Below, one piece after another: positions 37,937 through 48,524 of a stretch of 64,000 bases of DNA. The translations under genes and the position numbers were made by a program. The stretch comes from Scenedesmus sp. PABB004 (taxonomy: Eukaryota). The stretch is taken from positions 434,001-498,000 of the forward strand of contig JABVCE010000017.1 in assembly GCA_014905635.1 (NCBI GenBank), written 5' to 3'. Numbering within the stretch: the first letter of the stretch is position 1; each line of letters starts with the position of its first letter. The notes under the pieces were generated by a model, which ran no database searches, was not told the DNA's origin, and saw only the letters and a program-made list of their open reading frames with translations.

Positions 37937-38184
37937 CCCTCCCTCGCTTTCTCGCGCCCGAGCTTCAAACGGCTTCCTGAGGAGCTGCAGGTGCACGTAA
38001 GCTGAGATGTTAGACTGAGAAAGCTGAATCTGGGCTGCCAGACTCCGCGGGAGGCCCGGGGGAGCTGGGCGGGCCCGCCCAGCAGTTGCACGGGGCTGGC
38101 ACGACATGCGCGGCTCCCGTGAGCCCGCGCCCCCGGCGCGGCGTGATCCGTCGAGCGCGCCGCGCCAGCGCGCCGGCCAAGTGC

Positions 38185-38515
38185 TCACGCCGCCGCGCCC
38201 GGGGCAATGCCCGGCGAGCCCGCCGCCGCCGCCGCGGCGAGCCAGTCGGTCGGTATGCCGAGCTCCCCGCAGCACAGCCGCCACTGCTCTGCCGCCTTGG
38301 CCGCGTCGGCGGCGCACCCGATCAGCTCCTGCGGCGCGCCCTTGCTGTAAAACTGCCCGCACGCGGCGCCCTCCGCCTCGCCGTCGCACAGCGCCGCGAC
38401 GCGCGCGCCGCCGTCCTGCACCGTCGCCGCAAACGGCGCCCACGGCAGCAGCCAGCGCATGGCCAGGCGCCCCAGCGCGCCGCCGAGGTGGCGGCTCAGG
38501 CCTGCGCGCGCGCGC

Positions 38516-38551
<36 letters not shown>

Positions 38552-39791
38552 GCCGCGCCTTGAGCGCGGGCGGCCGCGGCGCGGGCCGCCGCGGCGCCAC
38601 GCCCCGGGGCCGCGCCGCGCGCACCCGTGGTGGGCACAAAGCCCGGCGAGACGCAGTTGACGGTCAGGCGCCCGCGCAGCGCCGGCGGCGCAGCGTCGAG
38701 CGCGGCGCCGAGGTGCCGCACGGCCCAGGTGTTAAACAGCTTAGTGACTGCGTAGCGCCGCATGGGGCTGGCCGCCCCGGCCCCGGCCGCGGCCCCGGCC
38801 GCGGCGGCGCACTGCTGCTGCGGCGCGCCCTGCTGCCGCTGCGGCGAGGGCGCGCCGAAAAAGGCGGGGTCGGCCGACCCCGGCGGCACGTGCGTGGCCG
38901 ACGACTGCAGCGCGGAGCCGACGAACACCTGCCCGGGGGGGGGGGGGGGCAGCGCGGCGCGGCGCGGCGCGTGGGCTCGATGCCCGCGCCGCGCGCGCGC
39001 GGGAAGCCGCGCTGCGGCGCCGCTTCGCACCAGGCGCCCGCCGGCCGAGGAGCGCAGCAGCGCCGGCAGCAGGAGGTGGGCAAGGAGCATGTGGCCCAGG
39101 TGGTTGGTTTGGTACTGAGTGCGGCAGCGGCAGCGGTGGCGGAGGTGGCGGCGGCGACGGCGACGGCGGACGGGCGGCGCGACCGGCGCGGCGGGCGCTC
39201 GGAGGGCGGGCGCTCGCAGGACGGGCGGCGCCGGCGGCGGCGGCGGCGGCGGCGTCGGCGGCGCACCATGACGTCAAAACCGTCCTCTGTCAGCTCCGGC
39301 CTGGGCGTGATGACGGCGGCGTTGCAGACCAGGACGTCCAGCGCGCCGCCGCCGCGCGCGGCGACCTCCGCCGCGGCGGCGCGCACGCTGGCGAGGCGCG
39401 CGAGGTCGCAGCGCACCGCCGACACGCGCGCGGCGGCGCCCGCGCCCGCGCGCAGGCGCGCGGCGGCGGCTTCGCCGCGGCCTGCGGAGGGGCGCGACGC
39501 CGCGGCGGCGGCGGCGGTGAGGGCGGGCGGGGCGGGGCGCCGCCGCTGCCGACGAGCAGCGCGGGCTGTGCGGCGCGGGCGCACAGCAGCGCCGGGCGCC
39601 GCACCCGCGTCGCGGCAGGCCAGGATGACCTCGTGACCACGCTCCAGCAGCTGACGCGCAACTTCATAGCCCACGCCTTGCAGTTGACGGAGCGAAGGTG
39701 CGCGTGAGGTGCAAGGCGCGCGGCAGCAGCAGCGAAGCGAGCGGCGGCGCGCACCGCTGTTGGCCCCGGTGATCAGGCAGCGCCGCGCCAT
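38185..39791 (-). CDS. Short-chain dehydrogenase/reductase, retinol dehydrogenase/WWOX/POR-like subgroup
   Basis: [14 protein letters not shown] Rossmann motif, [26 protein letters not shown], catalytic [13 protein letters not shown]. Confidence 0.9.
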
Positions 39792-40411
39792 GACTGTGAG
39801 AGAGAGCGGGCACGCAAACACGGCGCTGGCGCGGGCTGGCGGGGCCTGGGTGGGCCGCGACGGCGCGGGGCGGAGCGGGCGCTGCTGTCGCCGCTCGCAT
39901 GCGCCCCCCGCTCGGCACCGCCGCGGGCCGCGCGCTGACGCGCAGGGCGGGCGCACCGCGGGGTCGTCGGGGCAGCAGGCGGCCGGGGTGTGGAGGCGCG
40001 GCGGCGGCGGGACGGCGGGCAGCTGGGCGGCCGGCGCGGTTCAGGCGGCCGGCGCGGCCCCGGCGCTCACGTCGGCTCGCCAGCCTGGCTGGTGCGGCAT
40101 GCGTTGGTCCGGGCTGGCAGTGGAGGGGCTGGCTGGAGGCGGCGCCGGGGCGCGCGGCGGCCCGCCAGGCGGGCCCGGGCGGGCGGCGTGCGCTGCACAG
40201 CGCGCGCGGCGGCGACCACCTTGGCGCGGGCGGCGGGGGCGCCTGGCCCGTGCGCGCGGGCCTCACAACGCTGCAGCTCACACAAGCGCACAGCCGTCAA
40301 CGCCGCCACAGGCAGCCGGCCGCGCGCACGGGGCCTGCGGCCGCCCCCGCCCTGCCAAGGCGCCTCAGCGACCTCGCCCCGCCTCGCCCCCCCCCTCCTC
40401 CCCCCCACTCC

Positions 40412-43175
40412 TCACCCCGCCTCGCGCGCCGCCGCCGCCGCACCCGCCGCCACGCCCGCGGCCAGCGCGCGGCACACCGGCTTGTGCGCGCGCCACGCGG
40501 CCGCCTGGCAGGCGCGGCTGCAGAAGAATGCGGGCGCGGCCGACTTGACGCAGCCCGCGCACGCGCACGCCGGGCCGCGCACCGCCGCCAGCTTGCTGTG
40601 CGCGCCTGCCAGCGCGACGCAGCGCGGGTTGTTGCAGCACGCGCGCAGCGGCAGCGCGGCGCAGACCGCGGCGCACAGCTCCTCCGCCTGCGCGGCCAGC
40701 GCGGGGCCGCGCTCCTGCAGCGTGCTGGCGCGGGCGGCTGCATTGGCCTGGGCGTCGTCGTCCAGCTGCACGGCCAGCTCTGCCGCCGCCGTGTGCAGCT
40801 GCTCCTGCTGCGCCAGCAGGCGCTCCAGCCCCGCGCGCGAGGGGTCCGCCGGCAGCGGCCCCAGCGCGCGCAGGCGCGCGCCCAGCAGCGCAGCTGCGTC
40901 GCCCAGGGCAGCCGGCATGGAGGGCGCCGATACCAGCGGCAGCAGCTCGCCAGACCCGCCGCCGGCAGCTGGCGCGCCCGCATCCGCCGCCGGATCCGCC
41001 GCCAGCGCCTCGCTGAGCAGCTGCGCCAGCACCGCCAGGCCGCGCGCCGCCAGCACCGCCCACAGCGCGGGCGGCTCGTATGCGAGCTGGCCGCCGGTGG
41101 CTGCGACGGCTGCCGGCTGCGCGTGCGCCACTGCGTCGCCGATGGCGCAGCCGGCGCGCACCGCAGCCAGGCAACCGCTCGCGAGGTCCCGCAGCTGCTG
41201 AAGCGGGTCGGCCTCGGCTGCTCCCCCCCCCCCCCACGCCAACCGTCATGCACTTGAGGGCCGTGAGCAGGCAGGCGAACACCTCGCGCTGCAGCAGCAG
41301 GCCCGCGCCGCCGCCGGTCGCCGTCAGCGCCGGCGCGTCGGCCAGGCTGGGGCTGAGCCACCCGATGGTGCCGCACACCACCTGCGCTGTGTCCAAAGCA
41401 GCCTGGGGGGCGACCCTGCCCGCCCAGCTCCTGGCGGACGCCTCCAGCAGCCGGCACAGGGTGGAGGGGTCCTGCCGCGCAAACGCCGCCAGCGCCGCGT
41501 CGGCTGCGTGGCGGCGGCAGCAGCGTTTGCAGCAGTGGGGGCAGCGTGAGCAAGCGCAGGCTGGGCCAGCGTGCAGCGCCAGCTGCCACAGCCAGCCAGC
41601 CGCCAGGGCGCCTCGCACCCGCCGGTCCGTTGCTCGACAGCAGAAGCGCGCCGCACCGATGCAGGGTGACCTCAGCAGTGGTTGCGTCAACCGGCTGCGC
41701 TTGCGCCCCGCCATGCCCCGCCGCGGCCTGGCCGCTGCCCGCGCTGCTGCCAGTGTCTGCCCCCAGCAGCGCGGCGACGGCGGGCCGGGCGAGCGGCAGG
41801 AACGCGCGCACCACTGCCGCCGCAGCCGCTGCGTCGCCCTCTGTGTCGCCGCCCTGGCGGCCGGGTCGCATGGCGCGCATGATGGTGCAGGTGCACAACA
41901 CGCCAGCAGCCAGCACACGGGGCGACGGCTGCAGCGCCACCAGCTCCAGCGCCGCCTCTGCCGCCGCGGCCGCCAGCTCCGCGGCGCCCGCCGCCGGCAG
42001 GCCGCCGGCGCCGCAGCTGGTCGGTGGCGACACCTCAAACAGCATCGTAACCGCGTGGATGCTCACCTCCACCAGCTGCTCATCGTCCCCACCCTGAGGC
42101 ACCGCCATGGCGTCCAGCCGCAGCGCCCGCAGCAGCGCGGCATGCGCCGCCGGCACGGCGGGCGCGCCAGGGCCGACGCCGCTGCTGCCGACGCCAGCCG
42201 GCCGGCCGTGCTGCGCCTTGTGCCGGTGCGCCGCTCGCAGGGCAAGGTTGGTCAGCAGCAGCTGCTGCATCGACGGGTCCGACAGCTGCGCCCGCTCCAC
42301 CTCGTCGCTCACACGGCCGTGCTGCCGCGCCAGCACCAGGTTATGGTGCTGGCCGCCAGGCTGTGGTGCGTGCCAAACGCAAAGCGCCGTCCACGAGCAT
42401 CTCGTGAGCGGCGCCACTGGCAGCCTCTGCACGCCAGGGGGCGGCGCGGCGCAGCACGGCGAGCGCCAGCCGCGCGACTGGCCGCGCCAGCGTCAGCAGC
42501 GGGCCCTCCAGCTGGCCCTGCAGCGACCAAGCGTCGCTGACAGCGCACGCCGCCCCCAAAAGCGCTAGCACAGTGAGACATCTCACGTTGTAGAGCTCGC
42601 CGCTGTCCTGCTGCCGCCGCCGCCGCCGCTGCTGCTGCGGGGCGCTTGAGGCCTCCAGCGCCGCGGCGAGGGCGGTGCACGCCGCAGCCAGCGGCAGGAG
42701 CAAGCCTGCGGGCGCGCCGCGGACGCGACCAAGTCAGGGATGGGCGAGGCAGCGGCTGGCGAGGACCCCCGCCGCCCAGCCGCCGCTCACCAGCGCGCTC
42801 CACGTCGGCCGCCAGCTCCGCGTCAGGCGCGCCAAGGGCCTTGCGGATTCGGAAGCTCAGCTTAAGCATACAGTACAGGGCATAGAGCGTGTGGGCAAAG
42901 CCCCTGCTGCCCGCCGCCTCCGCCCGCGGCGCCGGCGCCGCCAGCAGCGCCAGCGCGCGGGCCACGCCCTGCGCGACTCGCGCCTGCACGCCGGCGGCCA
43001 GCAGCGCGCTCAGGTCGGCGCAAGGCGAGCCCCTGGCCTCAGCTTCCTCAATGAGGCCGGCAAAATAGGCGTGGAGCGACTCTGCGGCGTCGACCTCCGC
43101 CGCGAGCGCGCCGATGCTGCCCGCGCGCGCGCAGCGGCCCAGCCAGCCCTCCAGGGCCGCGGTCTCGGGCCGCAT
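40412..43175 (-). CDS. MYND zinc-finger family protein, copy M4 (frameshift at a homopolymer near 41230, possibly an assembly error)
   Basis: MRPETAALEGWLGRC start, same exon structure, intact MYND finger; the frame break lies in a C run. Confidence 0.7.
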
Positions 43176-45114
43176 GCTGCGTGAGGTGCAGGCCGGCGGC
43201 GCGGGCGAGGGCTGACGGGGGATGCCCGAGCCGCGGCGGCGCGCGGGGCGGAGCGGAGCGGAGCGGGCGCTGCTGCTGCTCACGCGCAGCTGCCGCTCGG
43301 CACCGCCGCAGGGCCGCGCGCTGGCGGGCAGGGCGGGCGCACCGCGGGGTCGTCGGGGCAGCAGCCGGCCGGGGTGTGGAGGCGCGGCGGCGGGCAGCTG
43401 GGCGGCCGGCGCGGTTCAGGCGGCCGGCGCGGCCCTGGCGCTCGCGCCCGCCGGCCTGGCTGGTGCGGCGGCGTGGCTAGGTCGGGCTGGCAGTGGATGG
43501 GGCTGGCGGGAGGCGGCGCCGGGGCGCGCAGCGGCCCGCCAGGCGGGCCCGGGCGGGCGGCGCGCGCCGCACAGCGCGCGCGGCGGCGACCACCGAGCGC
43601 GGGCGCGCGCCTGGCCACGCGAAGGAGCGGATCAGTGCTCTGTTACGTACGTACCGGGTGCTCGCCACGCGGGCCGTCCAGCAGCGCCGCCGACCCGAGC
43701 GGGCGCGCCGCCGCCGGGCGGCCCTCGGGCGCAGCCGACAGTGCCGAGGGACCGTGGAGAAGTGCGCGGCTCCGTACGAAGCAACAGCAGCGCGCCGCGA
43801 TCGCTCGCCGCGCGTGCCCGCGCCGCGCGGCCAGCTGCGCGGCGGCCTCTGGCCCCAGAGGGACCAGGCGCGCGCCGGCAGCTCCGCTGGCGCGTTCTTG
43901 TTTTGCTTGTTGTGCATCTGTGCATCTTTGCGTGTGTCTGTGTGTGCGCGCGTCGTTGGTGTGCAGCAGCAGCGTCCAGCGACGACGACTCAACAGCAGC
44001 AGGCCACCGCGGTCGCTCATGACCGCGCGCCCCTCGCGCGCCTCGCCTCGCCCCCAGGCCATGCGGCCGGCAGGTCAGGTCGGCGCGCCTCGCCCCGTTT
44101 GTTGTTGGTCTTTGTTGTCCTTTCTCGCACTCAGCGCTGAACAGACGAACGCCCCATCGCCCCCTCGCATGCACACAGACACGGACGACATGGAACGCAG
44201 CGCCCACGCCCCACCCCCGCGCCCGCGCCCGCAGAGCTGTCCCCGCAGCCTCGCCGCCGCCACACACACACACACATATACATATCCGACACGGCGCGTC
44301 GGCCCGCCCGGGCGGCCGTGCTGACGACGCCGACGTGCGCGTCGGCGCGGCGCGGCCCCCCGACCGCTGCCCCGCGCGCGTGCTCCATCCATCCCGCGGC
44401 CCGAGGCGCGCCCGGCTCCGCCAGCCAAGAAGATCCCGACAAGAGCGCGACCGCACGCGCGGCGCGGCCCCCACAGGCGCGGCCGCAGGGGCGGGGCCGC
44501 GCCCGGCCGCCGTGAGACGCGTCCGGCGCCGCCGCGCGCGCACGCACGCGCGCGCGCGCCTCCCATGCGCTCACTCACTCGCTCGCACGGGGCGGGGCGG
44601 AGGGCACGCGCCCGCCGCCCCGCCCCGCGCCTCCGAATTCGCTCCCCCGCGCGCTCGCGTGCCGAGCCGCGTTCACCCCCTTTATAAAAAGAGTTGTGTG
44701 TGTGCTGTGCTGTCCGCCTAGTAGGTACATTCGGCGCGGGCCGGCGCGGCCGCGCGGCGCGCGAATCCGCGCGCCGGCGCGGCGCGCCGCGCCGCGGCGC
44801 TTGTTTGTTTGTTGGTGACCTGCCCAACCCAGTGCCGCCTCCCACGCCGCCGCCCGGGCATTGCATTCCGTTGGCGGCCGGCGCGCCGCGCGGCACGCGC
44901 CGCGCGGCGGCGCGCGGGGCGCGCGCGCGCGTTTTGGCGCGGCGCCCCGCCCCGGCGCGAGCCCTTGAATGCGGGCGACCCAAGTCCTGCGGCGGTGGCC
45001 GGAAACAAACAAACAGGCAACAGCAGCATTCGACGGTCGCGGCGATGAGTTCACGGCGGCGGTGGCGGCGTTAGGTTTGATTCGAGTCACAGGAGTTTGA
45101 ATTCAAAGTTGAAC

Positions 45115-45436
45115 TCAGTCCGAGACGGTCTCATACGTGACGGGGAAGAGCCCGACAGCGTTGGCGGGCGACAGGTACGTGAGCGTCGCGCTGAGCTGCT
45201 GCCCGGCGACCGCGTTCCACGTGCGGATGAGCGCCGTGCGCTTCGGCCCCGCCGGCAGCACGGGCAGCGCCCGGCCGGCGAACGCGCGCCAGTCGGCGAC
45301 GGCGTCGCCGTTGTACACGAACAGGGTGCTGCCGGCAAAGTTGGGGAAGGTCGTCGGCGCGCGGCGCGCGCACGTCCCGTTCTCTGCGCATTGGCGCACG
45401 GCGGGCGCGGCGCGGGTGCGGCGCGCGAGTGAGGGT

Positions 45437-45467
<31 letters not shown>

Positions 45468-47684
45468 GGCGGGGCAAGGGAGGGAGGGGGGAGGGGGCGG
45501 CTGCGCGCGGCGTGCGGGTGCGGCGCGGAGGGCGTGCGGCGCGCGCGGTGCGGCGCGGCGTGGCGCGCACTGGTGGACAGTCCCACGACCGCGACCGCCT
45601 TGCCGATCAGGGGGCCGATGTCAACCACGAGCCGCGTCTTCTGGCGCTCCACGCTGTCCTCGGGCGTCTCCCAGAAGTACCTTTGAGGGGGGGCGGCGCG
45701 GGGCGGTGTGGGCGGGGCGTGTGAGGTGTTGCGCCCGGGGCGGGTCGAGGAGGGGCGGCCAGGGAGGGTGGCGCAAGGGGGGCCCCGCAACCGCGGCGGG
45801 GGTGGCGCAAGGGGGGCCCCGCAACCGCCCGAGCCCCTGAGGCTCTGTGTCCCGACCCATCAGCCCCTTAAACCCCGCGCTTGAGCGCGCTCACTGGTAG
45901 TACAGCTTGAGCACCTCGCCCGCGACCGCGGCCACGCTCGGCCTGTTCAACCTCAACACCCTCAAACCCCTAAGCCCCTAAACCCCTTCAACCCTTGAAC
46001 CCCGGCGGGGCGCTCACTGGTAGTACAGCTTGAGCACCTCGCCCGCGACCGCGGCCGCGTCGATGCAGTCGACGGCCGGGTCGGCGCAGGGCGTGATGTC
46101 GGACGCGGGGCCGCTGCGCTTGATGCTGTAATACTTGGCGTAGTCGGCCGACAGCATCAGCCGGATGTGGCCGCAGCCCTGCGCGCGCGGGGAGGGTGGA
46201 GAGGGAGGGGTGGAGAGAGGGGTGGAGAGAGGGGTGGAGAGGGGGAGAGGGGTGGAGAGAGAGGGGCGGAGAGAGGGGTGGAGAGAGGGGTGGAGAAGAG
46301 TCGCGGCGGCGGGCGGGAGGGGGCGGGGGGCGGCCGGCGGGGGCGCGGCGGCGGGGGCAGGCGGCGTGCGCCGCGCGTGCGCGCACCTGGAACTCGCTCT
46401 TCACGAGGAGCTCCAGCCACTTGCCCTTGTCGGCCGGGCTGGGCGGCGCGCTGCGCGGCAGGTGGCGGCGGCGGCGGCGGCGTGCGCATGAGCCTGCGCC
46501 GCGCCGTGCGGCGCCCCGGCCGACCACGCCCCGCACCGGCGCCGCGCGCCGCGCCGCGCCCCGCGCGCGGCGCCCCGGCCGGCCGGCCGCGCCGCGCGCG
46601 CCGGCGCCGCGCGCGCGCGGCGCCGCGCCCCGCGGCGCGCCGCCACGCACGCGAGCGGCGCGATCGCGGGCTTGGGCGTCACGCCCGCCTCGGCCAGCGC
46701 GTTGAAGAGCGAGCGCAGGCGGGTGTCGTCCGTGTGGAAGTAGATGGGGCGGGTCGGCGTCGCGATGGTCGTCATAACAGAGTCAAAGAACGCCTTGACG
46801 TTGGCCGTGGTCACGGGGAGCTTCCTGCGGGGTTTAGGGTGTGGTCGGAGGTTGGTCGGAGGGTGGTTGACGGGGCGGGGCGGGGCGGCGCGAGGGAGCG
46901 CGCGGCGTGAGGGCGCGGGGGCGGCGCGAGATGGCGGCCCTGGAGCCGCCGCGCCCCAGCGCCGCCGCCTGGGCCTCGGCCTCGCCCGAGCGTTCGAGGC
47001 ATGCCACGCGGCGCCGCAACCCTGCGCCCCCAACCCTGACCCCTAAAACCTGCGTGCCAGCGGCGCTGAACCCCGAACCCCTGCGGCGCGCTCACTCAAG
47101 CTTGAGGTAGGCCATGGTGCCCGCGACTACCTCCGCCAGGTCGCCGCCGGGCGTGCCGAGCTCGGGCGACGTGCCGCGCGCGTCGACGCAGGAGAAGGAG
47201 TTGCGCACCGAGTTGCGCAGCCCGGGCGTGGGCTGCGCGGCGCGGCGGCGCGGGGACGTGGGCGGCGGGGTGGGCGGGGGCGGGGGCGGGGACGCGCGGC
47301 GGCGGCGCGGGGGCGCCGCGCGGCGCGCTCCCGGGCGCGCGGCGCACCTGCTCGCCGAAGTGGGTCTCCACCTGGGGCACCTGCGCGGCGGGCGCGGGGG
47401 CGCGGCGGCGCGGGTGCGTGTGCGGGGGCGCGGCGGCACTGCGCGGGTCAGCAGCAGCACCAGTCAGCAGCATGTGGGACACGCCCGACGGCCCGGCGTG
47501 CGGTGGGCGCCTCACTCACCGCGTAAAGCTTGTAAGTGCCATCTGCGTTGAACTCGGGCGTGGGCAGGTTGTTCTGGTTCCCCCCGACCGTGACCTTGCC
47601 CGTGAAGCTGCAGCCGTCGGCGTGGAGCAGCGCGCTGGCCGCCAGGAGCGCCAGCAGGGGCGCGGCGAGGTGGGCGCGGGCCAT
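45115..47684 (-). CDS. Secreted protein with Cys/His/Cys metal-site motifs, carbonic-anhydrase-like (beta/zeta/theta-type ligand pattern)
   Basis: Signal peptide MARAHLAAPLLALLAASALLHADG; spliced motifs FSCVDAR...GTPGGDLAE, IYFHTDD, GCGHIRLML; coherent exons to ...FPVTYETVSD*. The gene itself is clear; the function is inferred. Confidence 0.6.
46192..46300. repeat. Purine-rich (GGAGAGAGGGGT)-like intronic tandem repeat
   Basis: About 8 degenerate 12-bp units. Confidence 0.85.
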
Positions 47685-48524
47685 ATGATCGCTCGGTGGT
47701 TCCGGGTGGCTGGTGATGCTCCGGCGCAGCGACGGCTGCGGGCGGCGAGTGGCGCGGGGGCACGAGCAGCGTCACTGATAGATAGGGTGGCCGCAGGAGC
47801 ACGCGGGCGCAAAAAAAAAGGGTTGTGCCACGTTCGCATGCGCGTGGCGCTCGCATGCGGGTGCGGCGCGGTCGCCCAAGGCCTCCGGGCGGCTCCCGCG
47901 CCTGCGCCACGAGCAATTGGACCGCGGGCCGGCGCGCGCGCGGCCAGGCCGGCCGGCAGGCAGCACCAGACGCACCTGCTTTGACCGGGCTCGTGGGGGC
48001 TCCGACTGGCGCGCGCGAGGCCGGTGCAGGAGTGGAGTGCTCGCGGGGGGTCGCGGACCACGTGCGGAGCGCGTCAGCACCGGCAGAAGGCTCCGTCGGT
48101 GGCTGTAGGAGGCGGTGGTTGGGACAAGGCCGTAAAATAACAATGACCCGCGTCGTGCGAGCCCCGTTCGCGTGCGCGCGTCGCTCAACACTCACTGAGC
48201 AGGCGAGGAGTGACGTGCCGGGGCGCACGGGCTGAGCGGCCGGGGTCGGCGCCGCCGCGGGTGACGCCGAAAAAATGTCCTGCCGCGCCGCCCAGCCAGC
48301 CGCAGCCGGTCGGAGCGTGTCTGCGGCTCGGACACGGTCCGACGTCGGACCGTGTCTGCCAGGCCAGGGATCGAACCAAGCGGCGGCGGCGGCGGACGGA
48401 GCGGCGGCGCCGGTCACGAGGCGGCGCGTTGACGGTCGCTGCAAGTGCAGCCTGCAACCCGCAAGCACGCAGTGCCAAAGCAACGGTAAGCTGCCCCCCC
48501 CCCCCCCCCCCACACACACACGCC

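Noticed and set aside
41220..41240. Programmed frameshifting at single-base frame breaks (also near 2270, 33730, 36500, 63196)
   Set aside because: Breaks fall in homopolymer or GC-repeat runs, including in conserved genes; consensus error is the simpler explanation.
43620..45080. Possible gene or ncRNA in the 1.5-kb gap, with a TATA-like TTTATAAAAA near 44681
   Set aside because: No coherent exons or recognisable RNA structure; the TATA-like motif cannot be tied to a start site.
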